63,997 nt of DNA, filler included, from Asterionella formosa (GCA_002256025.1; 4 parts of 4 records of this genome joined end to end with filler, not necessarily neighbours in it); one strand, 5' to 3'; counted from the whole stretch's first letter, positions 24,148 through 37,021 are shown. Notes: generated by a model not told the origin, from the letters alone. Numbers and translations: made by a program.

Positions 24148-27100
24148 TTACACAAGTTTAAATCCTAACTGAGCACCAACGTTCTCAAAAAGGGAAATAC
24201 CTGCATTCTCAAGACTTCCACTGCTTTCGATGTTCATGGCTGCTCGATGCTGCTCTTCAGGAGTCAGGCAAAGGACAGATCCCACAACAGACAGTAATGC
24301 CTTCTTTTCGGCCAAAGTTTTTGCACCGAAAAAGCTCATCATTACATTCTTCAAATACTCGAGATTCACAGAAGCGCTATTATAATTTTCGTTCCCATCA
24401 CTGCTATCAATGTTGGCTCCATTCGTTCGATGCTTGGGTGATACATCCTGATACATGGCATGCATAGGTTCTTGTGTTTTGGATCCCCGTGGATTTGAAG
24501 GGCCAAGTTTCTCGTATCTCCGTAACCGAGCCTCTGCTTCTTCCATGTGCTTACGCATCTCCTGTACAGCTTCGTACGCCTCCATCTTTTCCGATTGCGC
24601 ATCACCAAGAAGGTTGGCCAGGCGATTTATTTCTGACCGAGCTGTATTCAACTCAACTTGCTTCTCCATAGCATAAAAGAGGGGAGCACCTGCCAATTTA
24701 ACCTCAGGACTGGTCTCTTGACCAGCGCTGGTTCCGGCCTTCAGATCATTGTTGTCATGCCGATTTTGTGGCTGCTGTTCAATAGTTGTTCGAAGGATCT
24801 CCTTGAGCTCCTTGATGGCTTGGTTGGCATCCTTAAGTTCACACTGTAGCATGATAATGGTAGACTCTGTCTCAGATGTTTCAGCAGATGTGAGACTAGC
24901 CTTTCCATCTCCATCAGTTCCTACTTCGTGGTCATCGCTAACACTCAGAGACTTGGTCATGAAGGCAGCAGTAGCCTGACGGCGGAGCTCATCTCGAAGT
25001 GTTTCGACCTCTTCATACAAATCGTTCGATCGTTTCTGAAGGTCTCTAACTTCTTGTTGTAATTCAAAGGAAAGACCACGCTCCAGTTGCAGTTCTGTTT
25101 GCAAGTCGTTCAATTCAGCAGCCAATTCTTCTTTGGAGGATCTTGCACATTCTACCTCAGTATTGGATTTGAGGAGAGCTTGCTTTGCCTTGTCCAGTTC
25201 ATCCTTAGTATCTTGTGCTTTCCTGAGCAATTCACTTCGATCATCTTCCATTTCCTTAACATATTCCCGTGCCTCTTGTAACATTGCTTTTCCAGCAGCT
25301 TCAGCTTCTTTCGCACGCTGGATGGCTTCATCGGCCGCGGATCGAGCACCTTGGGATTCTATGTCTGCTTCCTCTTTTGCTTGAATAGCAGCGGCTGTTC
25401 GAGCATTTGCTGCGGACATAGAGGTTTGGGCCTTCTTTTTGTATGCTGCAAGTGCCTTCTCACCAACCATCCCACGTTCCTGAATTTTCTTGTCTGCTTC
25501 TTTCAGTTCTTCTTCCAGTTGCCTTACCTTATCCTTCAGATGATCCATCTCCTCATCTTTTTCGGTTTGGTTTCGGTCACGATCGCCCAGTTGTGACTCC
25601 AGATTTGCCATTTTGCTCCGAAGGTGTTCGTTTGTCTCAATCAACTCCTCGAGGCTCAGACCTAGTGTTCTACATTCCGCGCGGCGATCCTTCAATTCTG
25701 TTGCGACGACTTTGACTCGAGCCTTGAGTGCCCCATAGGCTTCGTCCGACCTTTCAATTTCGGAGCGAGCGGCCTTTAATTGGTCTCGAAGTTGATGGAT
25801 ATCAGCCTTGGCTACACCTTCAGATTCTCGAATTTCTTTTACCTTCTGTTCCAACAACTTTAATTCCTTCTCGCGGGCGGAGCTGACAGAACCAATCGAT
25901 TTTTCTTTTTCATTGAGAATGCTTTTCGTGCCAGTGAGCTCACGTTTCAAAGCATCAATTCTGAGCTCTAATCCCTCGTTGACTCGCATGACCTCCTGTA
26001 ATTGTTCTTCTTTCCCGCGTAGCTTTCCCATGAATCGTTCAGACAGTCCATCTCGTTCTGCGACACAAGCGTCGTGATTGAGTGAGGCTAGGGCTTCCAG
26101 TAGTTCCTGTTCGTATTTCTTCTGGATTTCTTGAATTTCCGAATGATGATAATCTTGCATGCGCTGCATCTGAATGGCATATGTATCCAACACTGAAGCA
26201 GGAATCATGTCTTGGTCGGAACCATCGGTATTCGGCTTGAAAGTTTCAAACACTGGTGCTCGGCTCAATTGAGGCACAGGTAATGATGGCTTGGAATTAA
26301 TTACTGATTCGAACATTTCTTCTTGCGCAGATGGCGCAGGCGGTTCTGTGGGATCAGAAAATGGGGAAGCCGACATCATATATCCAAAAATACTGCTTGC
26401 TACTGGAGTTGGTGATTTAAAACCGAAGAAATCTTCTTTTTGCACAGCGTCTTGGGCTGGTTGAGATGTCGGTGGCGTAACAATATCAAAAACAGCTGCT
26501 GCTATTTCCGATTTCAACTTATAATCAACGTCACCTCTGGATGGTTCGGAAGTAGCTTCCTTTTGTGTCGGTGGCGTAACAATATCAAAAACAGCTGCTG
26601 TTATTTCCAATTTCAACTTATAATCAACATCACTTCCGGATGGTTCGGAAGTAGCTTCCTTTTGTGATTTCATTGTTGAGGCAATCTCGACTTGAGATGG
26701 TTCGAAAAGCGGTGACACGATATCCTGCAATAAAGCAGCTTCCATGGTAGGCGTGGCCACTTCTTCGGATGATTCAAGTGTCTGTGGCACAATCACATCC
26801 ACTACAGTAGCTTCCATTCTTGATTCTATTGTAGGGGCCACCACTTCTTTCGATGGTTCAAATGTCGGTGGCACAACAACATCCAATACAGTAGCTTCCA
26901 TGGTAGAATCAGCATCTCCTTTGAATGGCTCAAATGCCGGTGGTGAAATAACATCAAATACATCGGCTTCCATTTTAGATGTCATTGTTGAAGCAGTCAC
27001 TTCTTCAGTTGGTTCAATCATCGGTGGCACAATAACATCCACAAATGCAACAGCTTGCGTTGTAGAATCAACTTTTTCTTCGGATTGTTCAAATGTCGTT

Positions 27101-28728
27101 GGCAGAATAACGTCCGATACATTAGTCTTCGTTTTTGATTCCACAGTAGGAGCAATACCGTCGTTGACTTCCACTTTTAGAGGGCCATGAAAGTTTTGAT
27201 GCACATCAACAGATTCGTCGCCCTCTAATTCGGAAGCAACAAGAAAGGAAACAGGTGCAGCGTCCTCTTTCAAACGATCCAATTCGGTGGTAGATTCAGT
27301 GATACCTGGTAGCACCGGCTCCGGATATTTGTGAGATACATCCAAAATATGTTCTACGAATTCCTCGGGAATAGCTGTGGGAAAGGGTGTTTCCTCCAAT
27401 TCCACTTCGTCGTCATCGTACATATCGTCGTCATCGGCATACATATCATCCATGCCATCTGACGCAATATCCTCCGTAATTTGCACTGATTCTAATTCAA
27501 CATCACCTTGCTGCTCAATCTGTGACGAAACCAGAGCGGATTCTGCAACCTCAGTAATGATCCTTGTTTTTTCGACATTCCCGATTGCAAGTAGCTCCCA
27601 ATTTTCAGATTTTTGAGATTCGATTTCTACCGCTTGCAAAGTTGGTAGTGTCACTTGAATTCCTAGATCTGGATCATCTTTATGTTGCGCTGTAGCCTCT
27701 TCCACTGACTCTCGACCAAATGAGATTGTCGACCCGGCCCTTTCCAATTCGTCGTTACAATCTGCCTTGGATGATACTCGAGCTGTTGGCTCAATGCTCG
27801 GTGCTTCAACAACCAAATCATGCGATGTACTGAATTTCGTTTCTTCCGTCGTATCTAATAACGCTGGTTCTGGAATAAAAACCAAATCTGCTTCTTCGTC
27901 TACACGTAGTTGCTCCGGAACGACGGAAACTGTTTGTATCATCTCAGCAAATGACTTATTGGGTCTGATTGCATTGTGCTCCGTGGCGGCGGATAATTTT
28001 GTTGAACTGAGATCGATATCAGGTTTCTGAGAGGCCGCAGAAGAAGTTGTATCGGCCTGACCTTCCAGTTTGTCATCAAAGTCCCAGTCATCTGGATCCC
28101 AATCATCCTGTGTCTTGTCTTTGGTTGGTTTTGGAGAAGGGTCTCTGTCTTCTTGTACCGCTATTTTTGCTGTTTCTGTCGTTGATAGGATATGCATTGC
28201 CTCATCAGGCTCAGCATCCGGATGATTTTGGGTCTTAATCTTATGAAACACAGACGAATCATTCCCGGCGCTGCTGAACAACAACACGTTGTGCTGCATA
28301 TTCCTTGGTGTTGATGACACGGTGGCTGATGGTTTTGTTGGTTCTGGTTTTGCAAATATTAGTGCATTCGGTACTTGCACGGAAATAGGAGCTGGCGGGG
28401 AATGGATATTGTCATCGTCCTCTTGCAGAGCATTCAAATTGAAAAACGAAGCCGCTGGTGCAGCCGCCGGTGCCTTTTCTTGCATGGAATCTAGATTGAA
28501 CAATCCAGCAGCACCCTGGGGTAGTGATGATGACAGTATAAATATAAATAGCAATAATAATAGAAAGGAAAAGAGTCAATACAACCATTGAACCAATGGA
28601 ATGCTTCCACAGTAGCAAAACAGAAACAAATCAGAACAACGAACGCGTGCACGCACCGACAAAGCGCTGGCTTTTCCCGCAGCTTCTTGTGCTTGCTTCG
28701 CCAAATCAGCAAAGGTGGAACCCCACAT
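24148..28728 (-). CDS. GRIP-domain golgin (long coiled coil with acidic repeat N-half), 2 exons (28728-28657, 28515-24148), ~1479 aa
   Basis: C-terminal GRIP signature VNLEYLKNVMMSF...LLSVVGSVLCLTPEE and extensive heptad coiled coil. First exon MWGSTFADLAKQAQEAAGKASALS, then a phase-0 intron 28516-28656. Confidence 0.85.
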
Positions 28729-28763
28729 GATTGGGGGACTTGCTTTCTCTTTATATTTTACGG

Positions 28764-29174
28764 NNNNNNNNNNNNNNNNNNNNNNNNNNNNNNNNNNNNN
28801 NNNNNNNNNNNNNNNNNNNNNNNNNNNNNNNNNNNNNNNNNNNNNNNNNNNNNNNNNNNNNNNNNNNNNNNNNNNNNNNNNNNNNNNNNNNNNNNNNNNN
28901 NNNNNNNNNNNNNNNNNNNNNNNNNNNNNNNNNNNNNNNNNNNNNNNNNNNNNNNNNNNNNNNNNNNNNNNNNNNNNNNNNNNNNNNNNNNNNNNNNNNN
29001 NNNNNNNNNNNNNNNNNNNNNNNNNNNNNNNNNNNNNNNNNNNNNNNNNNNNNNNNNNNNNNNNNNNNNNNNNNNNNNNNNNNNNNNNNNNNNNNNNNNN
29101 NNNNNNNNNNNNNNNNNNNNNNNNNNNNNNNNNNNNNNNNNNNNNNNNNNNNNNNNNNNNNNNNNNNNNNNNNN
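28764..29174. other. Assembly gap (N run) within scaffold, in a divergent promoter
   Basis: 411 N between the golgin and TOP6A start codons. Confidence 0.95.
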
Positions 29175-29265
29175 TGGTACCACCAGGTAGAACATTCCGT
29201 CAGCGCCGGCATAGTACTGGTACTCCCAAGGCAGCCAAGATACAGCCTCCACGACATTTTTAAAA

Positions 29266-30558
29266 ATGACATCAAGGAAGCGCCCAGCCAAAACATCCAC
29301 TGCCGGCATTCAGGGAGTCATCCCAGCCCCATCCAATCGATCGACAGCAACTGCCGTAGATGTCGATGTGGTGCTAAAAAAGTGCAGAGAGCTTCGGGCT
29401 CGACTGCGCAACGAAATGGACGTAATTGCCAACGCGAGCAAGGATGAGACCATTGTCCCGTTGCCAGAATCACTCCAATCGATTGTGGAAGTTTCCGAGC
29501 TGCAGTCCGTTCAAGTGTTGGAGGGACTGGAAGCGATTGCTGTCGAAATTGCGGAATCCGTCATGGCAAAGCAGGGATTTGCTCTGGTTATTCCATCCCG
29601 AGCTGGATCGAATCAGCTGTACATCAAAGAATGGGATCGCATTGTTCTTGGGGACAAAAAATCTGCCAGGACCTTCTTGAATGTAAAGGAGGCTAGGAAG
29701 GCAGCCATCACGCTGCGGGTCATGGAACTCATACATCAAGTATTGTCCAAGAAAATTCACATCACCAAGCGAGACTTATTCTATACCGATGTGAAACTCT
29801 TTGTGGATCAGCATGAAAGTGATGGCGTTTTGGACGACGTGGCATGTATGATTGGCTGTACAAGATCCAACTTGAACGTTGTGGCATCGGACAAGGGACT
29901 AGTCGTGGGACGGATTCAATTTACTGAAGATGGGGACTACATAGACTGCACCAAGATGGGGGTGGGTGGGAAGGCGATTCCGCCCTACATTGACAAGATT
30001 GATAATATTGTCAGTGACGCGGATTTCATTTTGCTCATTGAGAAGGAAGCAGCCTACATGAGACTTGCGGAAGACAGGTTTTATCATAAGTATCCATGCA
30101 TTGTCATTACAGCCAAAGGACAGCCGGATGTAGCGACGAGAATGTTCTTGTCGAGACTCTATTCGGAGTTGCAGATACCTGTTTTGGGATTGGTAGATAG
30201 TGATCCATACGGTCTAAAGATTTTGTCAGTCTATATGAGTGGCTCCAAGGCCATGAGCTATGATTCGAAATCACTCGCAACTCCCAATATACAGTGGCTT
30301 GGGTTACGTCCTAGTGATCTCGATAGATATAACTTACCAGAACAGTGTCGACTAGACATGACTGAGAATGATATCAAGACAGGAAAAGAACTGCTACAAG
30401 AAGACTTTATTCAAAAGAACCCAAAATGGATGAAGGAGCTGGAGTTGATGGTCAAGACGAAGAAAAAGGCAGAAATACAAGCCTTGAGTTCCTTTGGTTT
30501 CCAGTACATTACTGAAGAATACTTGCCCCGAAAACTAAAGGAAGGCGATTGGATCTAA
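29266..30558 (+). CDS. TOP6A: DNA topoisomerase VI subunit A (SPO11-3 type), 430 aa
   Basis: [15 protein letters not shown] (catalytic Tyr), LLIEKEA, TAKGQPD, TOPRIM DSDPYG and KKAEIQAL. Sequence has the plant SPO11-3/RHL2-like character rather than that of meiotic SPO11-2. Confidence 0.93.
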   Translation: MTSRKRPAKTSTAGIQGVIPAPSNRSTATAVDVDVVLKKCRELRARLRNEMDVIANASKDETIVPLPESLQSIVEVSELQSVQVLEGLEAIAVEIAESVMAKQGFALVIPSRAGSNQLYIKEWDRIVLGDKKSARTFLNVKEARKAAITLRVMELIHQVLSKKIHITKRDLFYTDVKLFVDQHESDGVLDDVACMIGCTRSNLNVVASDKGLVVGRIQFTEDGDYIDCTKMGVGGKAIPPYIDKIDNIVSDADFILLIEKEAAYMRLAEDRFYHKYPCIVITAKGQPDVATRMFLSRLYSELQIPVLGLVDSDPYGLKILSVYMSGSKAMSYDSKSLATPNIQWLGLRPSDLDRYNLPEQCRLDMTENDIKTGKELLQEDFIQKNPKWMKELELMVKTKKKAEIQALSSFGFQYITEEYLPRKLKEGDWI

Positions 30559-30815
30559 GCAAGACGTGGGCTGTGTAGCTACTTGTGATTATTACTTAAA
30601 AAGTCTACAACAGATTCCCTTTTACAAAAGTATTTTTGAAAGAATCAATGCATGTAAACTTGTCTTAGACCTTGTCATTCTACGACTCACTAGTTACGTA
30701 GAAATACTATCAATTGCAGTTTTCAATCGTTAGTTCCCTTTCAAATCTCCTATCACATGAAATGTTCAAGCACCGTCCACTAGCCTTCCCATGAAAAAAC
30801 AAAAAAGAATTGTAC

Positions 30816-31988
30816 TCATTCGTCAACGACAAATTTCTGATCTGATCGATTGATTTCCCCTTCCATTTTCTTAATGTATTTGTGCCACGTTCTGATGGCA
30901 TCATCCTCAAATGGAACAAATTCATATTCATCGTCAGTATCCACAACAGTGTCATTAATTACCCACTCCTTCGTTCGGCTCCCGCTTTTAGTAGCGGCAC
31001 TAATTTTATTATTATGCCAACAGTGCTGTTCGTTCTTCTTGAGAACTAATAATCCATGATTACCACCGTACATCTTGTCAAAATCGTCGAATGGAAGATA
31101 GTTTGGTGAAATACGACTTGCTACAGTGAGATGAACATCTCCACGAACATGAAAGTCAGTGAAGGGATTACAGGGTTCATTGCTCATCCAGGGACGCAGT
31201 GAAGCCCCCTTACCACCTCCGATTCTTTCGGGGAACGCTTTATTCCTCTGCAAAAGGTCTTTCTCAAAAAGGAACATTTGAAGATGACCCGATGATTTGT
31301 TTGTCACTGTTACTCTATAGTAACGAAGGATAGTTTCATTCCAATATCGGCGCCAATTATTCATCCTATAGTGAAAGCCACTAGTACTGGCTATGACAGG
31401 ACCAACCTTAACCTTGGTCCAGTAGGCATTGACAAAAATAGTGAGTACTATCACACAAGCCATGGATGCAATCGCAACTCCAATTTTATTTCCCAAGGAC
31501 CAGCCTCCATTGTTGGTAGCGAAATTGGCAAATAGTGCAACAGTCTCCGAACTAGAGGCCCGTACATATATAGATGGGGTATATGTTGGAGTTTCCGAAG
31601 GGGCAGAGGAGGGTACTTGATACACAAATAATTCGTCAAGATATGGGCACAGCTGCTGTACTTGTCCGGGTGGAATCGTCGCCAAGTCAATAACGTTCTC
31701 ACCATTTGTGTTTTTGACAAGAGCCAGTTCATTGAAATGGGCAATTAGTTGGACTGGCAGCTCACCAAAGATATTGTACTTTGTGACCCTATAGGTATTG
31801 GCGAATGCGATAAGTTCATTTGAAGTTAAAAGTCCGTCGATTCCAGCTGCTGCTGTCAACGATCCTAGACAGCTCGCGACCGAAAATCCATTGGTTTGGA
31901 CGCGACGTGTACCACTGCTAGCACAAGGTACGCCTTCTGCCGTGCTGCTACTGTCTCTCAAGTTGTTTGCCATTGCTACCTTTGGCAC
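30816..31988 (-). CDS. Unknown single-pass membrane protein, probably 5'-truncated at the scaffold end
   Basis: 390-aa ORF with a PSSAPSETPT stalk and the TM segment IGVAIASMACVIVLTIFVNAYW. An acceptor-like TACAG precedes the ORF just before the linker. Confidence 0.7.
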   Translation of the reverse strand: MPKVAMANNLRDSSSTAEGVPCASSGTRRVQTNGFSVASCLGSLTAAAGIDGLLTSNELIAFANTYRVTKYNIFGELPVQLIAHFNELALVKNTNGENVIDLATIPPGQVQQLCPYLDELFVYQVPSSAPSETPTYTPSIYVRASSSETVALFANFATNNGGWSLGNKIGVAIASMACVIVLTIFVNAYWTKVKVGPVIASTSGFHYRMNNWRRYWNETILRYYRVTVTNKSSGHLQMFLFEKDLLQRNKAFPERIGGGKGASLRPWMSNEPCNPFTDFHVRGDVHLTVASRISPNYLPFDDFDKMYGGNHGLLVLKKNEQHCWHNNKISAATKSGSRTKEWVINDTVVDTDDEYEFVPFEDDAIRTWHKYIKKMEGEINRSDQKFVVDE

Positions 31989-31996
31989 CTGTACTG

Positions 31997-32096
31997 NNNN
32001 NNNNNNNNNNNNNNNNNNNNNNNNNNNNNNNNNNNNNNNNTTAATTAATTAANNNNNNNNNNNNNNNNNNNNNNNNNNNNNNNNNNNNNNNNNNNN
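31997..32096. other. Artificial scaffold linker
   Basis: 44 N + TTAATTAATTAA + 44 N. Confidence 0.97.
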
Positions 32097-32565
32097 CTTT
32101 CACGCGTAGTCTGGATACTGTCCCACATGGTTTCTTTGAAAACGATTGTAAATTCATCGTGGGTTTATGGCCAGACGCTACAGAGAAGGTGGTTGAGGGC
32201 GATCTTTGCCACCTTGAATTCGATCCAGGATCATTTGTGCCATACTTCGCATCTTTCGGCTTCTTCTCTTCTCAAATTGTGAATGCCGACGACGAAATGC
32301 GTGTGCGGATAAACTCTGTTCTGGCAAAACATATGCAGACATTATCTGCTGAGATCCAACGTGTAGATCCAGTACCGGTATTGCCACTGAGGTGTTACAA
32401 AATTCCACCACGTAGTAGCTATCTGACACCACGCCACCGTCCTCAAATTCTTTCTGCCCTAAAGACACAGTGATGTCCCAGCCATCAAGACAACATCAGC
32501 CCACTCATTTTCACGTAATTGTTTCTGGGCGTTCGGCGTTCGACTGTGAAGTGTAACCTTGGACC

Positions 32566-33630
32566 ATGGAACACTCAATGCACGATACCCGTTCTGCTAA
32601 CAATATATCATGCTCTCAATCACAATGCGGAAATTATTCTTTGTTGTCGCAAATGGTGAAAGATGAGGTTGCAATGCGAAGCGCCAATGATCACGAAACC
32701 CTTTCACAGAATTCTTGCAGATGCACTCCTAATTTGATCTGGCGCGAGAAGGTGACGCAATGGTGCTATGCTGTAGTCGATCACCTCAATGAACGAAGAG
32801 ACTTAGTTTTCATCTCCATGAACATCCTCGACAGATATTCTGCGCTTCACAACAATCCGGGAACGAATGAAAGGGCCTACGAAGCCGGTGCGCTGACTGC
32901 GCTCTTCTTAGCTGTCCGCATCTCCGGAGGTAGATCACTGGCGGCCCCTGACCTTGTTCGAATGTCGAGACTTGGAATCACAATTCAAGAGATTGTGAAC
33001 GTCGGTAAGGCCATGACAGCTAGCCTTTTTTGGGACATCGGGGTTCTGACCCCCGTCGACTTTTGTAATGCCTTTACTCGCCTGCTACCGGTACCACCAA
33101 ATGATTCGTCTATCGTATCTATTCTCAATACCTGTAGATACCTTTCTGAGATTTCCGTCTGTGATATTGCTTTCTCTGGAGTCGCTGCATCAAAGATTGC
33201 ATTTGCAGCATTCCTCAATGCTGCTGGGACAGATGGCCTCTCAGGCTTGTCTCGAGAGCAGAGAACTTTGCTCTTTACTCAGATCGAAGAAACGACTGGA
33301 CTTTCGTCTGACGATGCTGATGTTGCCACACTTCGTGCAAGACTTCATTGCATCTATAGCGAAAGTCAAGGCAACAACCAAGGCGGACCTCATATTATTT
33401 TTGATTCCGAAGATGACTTTGTGAGAGCTGTTTCTGTGCCTCGCCCTGTCTGCACCAGGGTCGTTTCATGTGAGCACCTCTCGAAGACGAGGCCAATTGC
33501 TCGGTCAATCAAATGCTCTTCTTTGTCGTCCTCTACACCGGAACTGGTTCGCAACGTCAACAACAAGCGTGTCATATCCCCTTGTCATAGCGAGCATGCT
33601 TTGAAGCGCCAAAGGAGTGCCTCTTTGTAA
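32566..33630 (+). CDS. Cyclin (diatom-specific cyclin-like), 354 aa
   Basis: Cyclin box WREKVTQWCYAVVDHL...ISMNILDRY, ALTALFLAVRI, and C-terminal cyclin fold YLSEISVCD...SKIAFAAF. Confidence 0.85.
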   Translation: MEHSMHDTRSANNISCSQSQCGNYSLLSQMVKDEVAMRSANDHETLSQNSCRCTPNLIWREKVTQWCYAVVDHLNERRDLVFISMNILDRYSALHNNPGTNERAYEAGALTALFLAVRISGGRSLAAPDLVRMSRLGITIQEIVNVGKAMTASLFWDIGVLTPVDFCNAFTRLLPVPPNDSSIVSILNTCRYLSEISVCDIAFSGVAASKIAFAAFLNAAGTDGLSGLSREQRTLLFTQIEETTGLSSDDADVATLRARLHCIYSESQGNNQGGPHIIFDSEDDFVRAVSVPRPVCTRVVSCEHLSKTRPIARSIKCSSLSSSTPELVRNVNNKRVISPCHSEHALKRQRSASL

Positions 33631-34588
33631 TAATTATTTCCACTCTTCCTTCCCACTCCCCCACTCCTTGCCCACTGTAAATACAAGACATCACCAATCA
33701 TATCACTACTCCGGCATGTTCACGATGAACAGTCTGTATCCCCAATTTGTATTGCGAACAATAAATGGACATGTTTTAACCACGTTAACCACGTTTCATA
33801 TAGTTCCATTACCCCAAAGCACGCACAGCAACGCGAGCGAACTACATTTTGCATATACTCCCTTTCGGCGTATGTGTGTGCCTTACTACACAAATCTTTG
33901 ATCAAAGCGATGGAAGTCTTCACAATTCCAAGCCAATCAGTGCCGATGTCACAATTTGCTGGTTTGCAAGCAATGGTTCCGAAAACTGAGACCCTCCTAC
34001 TTTGAACAAGTCGATTTCCGAAACATTTTAACATTATAGAGATGGAAGTTATGCAATAGATCAATACATTATTTCATAATTACCCTTGTAGGGACGAGCA
34101 AAGCCCTCCCAAAGGAAGAATTACTCCGTCATGCTACAAGAGGCACACGTGATGAGAGGAAATTCATGCCTCACCCCAGGCTATCGTGGAACAGGTTGTT
34201 TTGTTGTGGCGCACAGCAATTCTCACATCAATGACACCTTCATGCGTTTACCTATATAGCAATTGGTGAATGTTCCATCTTGTAGAAGGAAAGGTGGCGC
34301 TTGGACCTAGTTTGACCTCGCCAGATGACAAATCCTGTTTGCACATAACTTGTTGTATTGTTTGTAGGAATCCCCATCACGGAACATGAAGGGTAGTTTG
34401 CAAGAATGCGTAGATGCTATACTCACGCCACTATTAAGCTCCTACGGTCATGCAAGTATTTTGTCACTATGATGATTGGATGCTTCATGCATGTTAATTT
34501 TGCCCTACATAAACCTTGCTTTGAACTGGTTTTGATGAAACATCAAGCAAATAAATGTCAAGTCACCTTTAAATGCTGCGCCCATCGC

Positions 34589-35033
34589 TTACTTCGCCAA
34601 CGAAATGTGAGGTCTATGCACTGCTGCATCACAGAATCCCATCTCTTGCAGCTGTCTATCTGTGTATCCTTGACTTCGCAGATCCTTCACTTGTGATCGT
34701 TCTGTTTCAATCATCTGCAAATCCAGTCGATTGTTTAATGAACAGAAAAGGGAGAAACGGCAAGTTAGTTCCTGCGTGACGACATTTTGTAGGCCATGCT
34801 CGAGAATGAACGGATCCTCTCTTTCTTACCTGCACTTCCCGTCCAATCTCAAATAGCAACGGCATTAAGGTAATGAAGGAAGTGGAAGCAATCACAAAGC
34901 CTACATACAGCGCCTTTTGACCAAGCCACAGGGTTTGAGTGGACAGCCATGTTCCACCCTTGGTAAAGGATACTGACGCCTTTTGGAAGAATCCCTTGAT
35001 ACCTCCGACTACTGGTTCTGATTTCTTGACCAT
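34589..35033 (-). CDS. TOM22: Putative mitochondrial import receptor Tom22, 2 exons (35033-34830, 34714-34589), 109 aa
   Basis: Central TM GFVIASTSFITLMPLLFEIGREVQ resembles the Tom22 W/F-x3-TS-x5-P-L-x6-E-x-Q pattern. The GT-AG intron 34715-34829 gives a clean second exon MIETERSQVK...SLAK*. Confidence 0.65.
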
Positions 35034-35489
35034 GGTGTGTTGTGTGTTGTGCTTTTCGACTGCAATGGCTCAGCAAATAAAAAAATTGGAATTTTAGTCC
35101 CTGGTCGTGAGCTGTTATGGTACATAATAGTCGTGAAATTGAATGATACGCATATATGTACCGGTATACCAGTGGCAGTTAGCAACCGCACAGCCTGTCC
35201 CCGGGTATACCGGTAGCTTCCCCGGGAAGGTCCGGTAAAACACGTTTTGAATTTAAGCAAAGATTAAGCTAAATGTCTCGATTACCGGACCTTCCTTGGT
35301 ACTCGGTAATTTCGGTCCGATCGAAATTATCCCCTCTAATATTATTGCTTTTCAGCCATATTATCGATATTAGCTCTGTGCTCTGTTCCATACTACCTAC
35401 GATGTGGTATAAAATACTTGTGTTCGGTAAACAGGAGAACCAGAACATCATAAGAAAGCTGTCTTTCATGCGCCGGAACTTACCACACC

Positions 35490-36680
35490 ATGGGACGACA
35501 CGACGACGATGGTAAGATCACCAACCATGAAAGTAAGGAGGAGAGACTATTGAGAAAGGCGAAGGAGTACGTAGAACGAGAAGAGCGCAAGAAGGATCGA
35601 CATAACAAGGAGGAACAATTCGGACGAGACTGCACGCGAGATAACAAGTCTCGCAAAAATCGCAGTCACGATAATCGAAGCGATCGGAAACGAAACCACA
35701 AGGATGATCGAAAGCGCTCTCGAAGAGAAATTGATAGTGACAATGATCAGCGTAAGAAGCGGAAGAAACATCAAAAGAAGGATCGGGAGCGTGAAGCGAA
35801 AAAGGGGCATTCGACGGTCAAGAAGCTGAAGATCGACAAGAACAAACTTTATCCGCTCGGCGATTTTCTCGGAACTACCCCGGTGACGCTTCTTGACAGT
35901 GATTCCGATTACTTTGCGTATCATCAACACTTGTGGGTATATCTCTATAGAGATGAAGGTATCATTTTTGGCGATTTAACGTCGGAAGAGGCCCGAGCCG
36001 CATTTCAACGATTTTGTGAAAAGTACAATGGTGGTACTTTGGAGCAAGGATATTACAAGGAAGGTACCTTACCTCAAGAAGCTTTAGATGAATGCAAGAT
36101 TACGCGGCATAAGTGGGCATTTCAGACTAGCGAGACGGAGCGCAAATCACTTCAGTTGGTTGAGGATGGGGTAAGAAAGCAAACGGAATATGATGCCGGC
36201 AACAAGGGCGAGGTTGTCGCACCAATGGCAAGACCTCCTACCCACCAAGAAGAAGATTACAAGAGTGAAAATAATAAGACAACCGAGCAACGACTGGATG
36301 AACGCCGTGCCAACCTTCGACTCCGTGACCACGTTCGCACTGTGGAAGAAGAACTCAAGGGAGGCAGTAAAGATGGGCGAGAACGTCAACGAGAAAAGAA
36401 GCAAGAAAGGGCATCCACCATTCATGCATCGGCTCGAGACAAGGAATCACAAGTGGGAGGTACCGAGCTAGATGACTCTATTTTATATGGGGGTGACGGA
36501 AGTGATTTTCAACAAGCATTGGCTCGCGAGAAGGAACGGAAGGCGCAACGACACAATACGGCAGCGGATCGGATCAAGGAACTGCAACGGAAGGAAGACG
36601 ATCGGCAAAAAGCAATGTTATTGTCATTGGGGCTTTCTAATATTCAACCCGGCCAAAAGATTAGAATTCAACCAAGGTAG
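35490..36680 (+). CDS. SCI1 (style cell-cycle inhibitor 1)-like, highly charged nuclear protein, 396 aa
   Basis: K/R/D-rich N-terminus. Core DYFAYHQHLWVYL...FGDLTSEEARAAFQRFCEKYNGGTLEQGYY resembles the SCI1 family motif. Confidence 0.65.
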   Translation: MGRHDDDGKITNHESKEERLLRKAKEYVEREERKKDRHNKEEQFGRDCTRDNKSRKNRSHDNRSDRKRNHKDDRKRSRREIDSDNDQRKKRKKHQKKDREREAKKGHSTVKKLKIDKNKLYPLGDFLGTTPVTLLDSDSDYFAYHQHLWVYLYRDEGIIFGDLTSEEARAAFQRFCEKYNGGTLEQGYYKEGTLPQEALDECKITRHKWAFQTSETERKSLQLVEDGVRKQTEYDAGNKGEVVAPMARPPTHQEEDYKSENNKTTEQRLDERRANLRLRDHVRTVEEELKGGSKDGRERQREKKQERASTIHASARDKESQVGGTELDDSILYGGDGSDFQQALAREKERKAQRHNTAADRIKELQRKEDDRQKAMLLSLGLSNIQPGQKIRIQPR

Positions 36681-37021
36681 AGTTCTCCTTTGTCACTTCC
36701 AATTTGTCGACATTCACGACAAACTTTGGATTATAAAGTAATGCAATCTTTCAACCATAAAAAAAAATTCCTTCGAGTTGTTTCTAGTTCCTTGTTCCCT
36801 TTTTTAACTAGATGGTGTTTTCCATAGCTGCACATTATAAAATATAATTATTCTTTTGCTTTCTGCTCTTCTCGTCAGAACAATTAACATGTGCTAGAGT
36901 AGTAGTGCTGCCGATGGGTTTTGCCAGCCTTCCTTCCTGGCTGGTGGCTCGAAAAACGAATTGAGGGTTCTCAAAGCAAATTGGGTATTTCATCTACAAA
37001 ATCACTGCAAAATGTATCGAA

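Noticed and set aside
28588..29447. Long ORFs spanning N gaps (also 38496-40241)
   Set aside because: Artefacts of translating N runs.
29266..33630. Meiosis/cell-cycle cluster (SPO11-like gene plus cyclin)
   Set aside because: The genes are on different scaffolds separated by a synthetic linker, and the gene is the TOP6A/SPO11-3 type rather than the meiotic paralogue.
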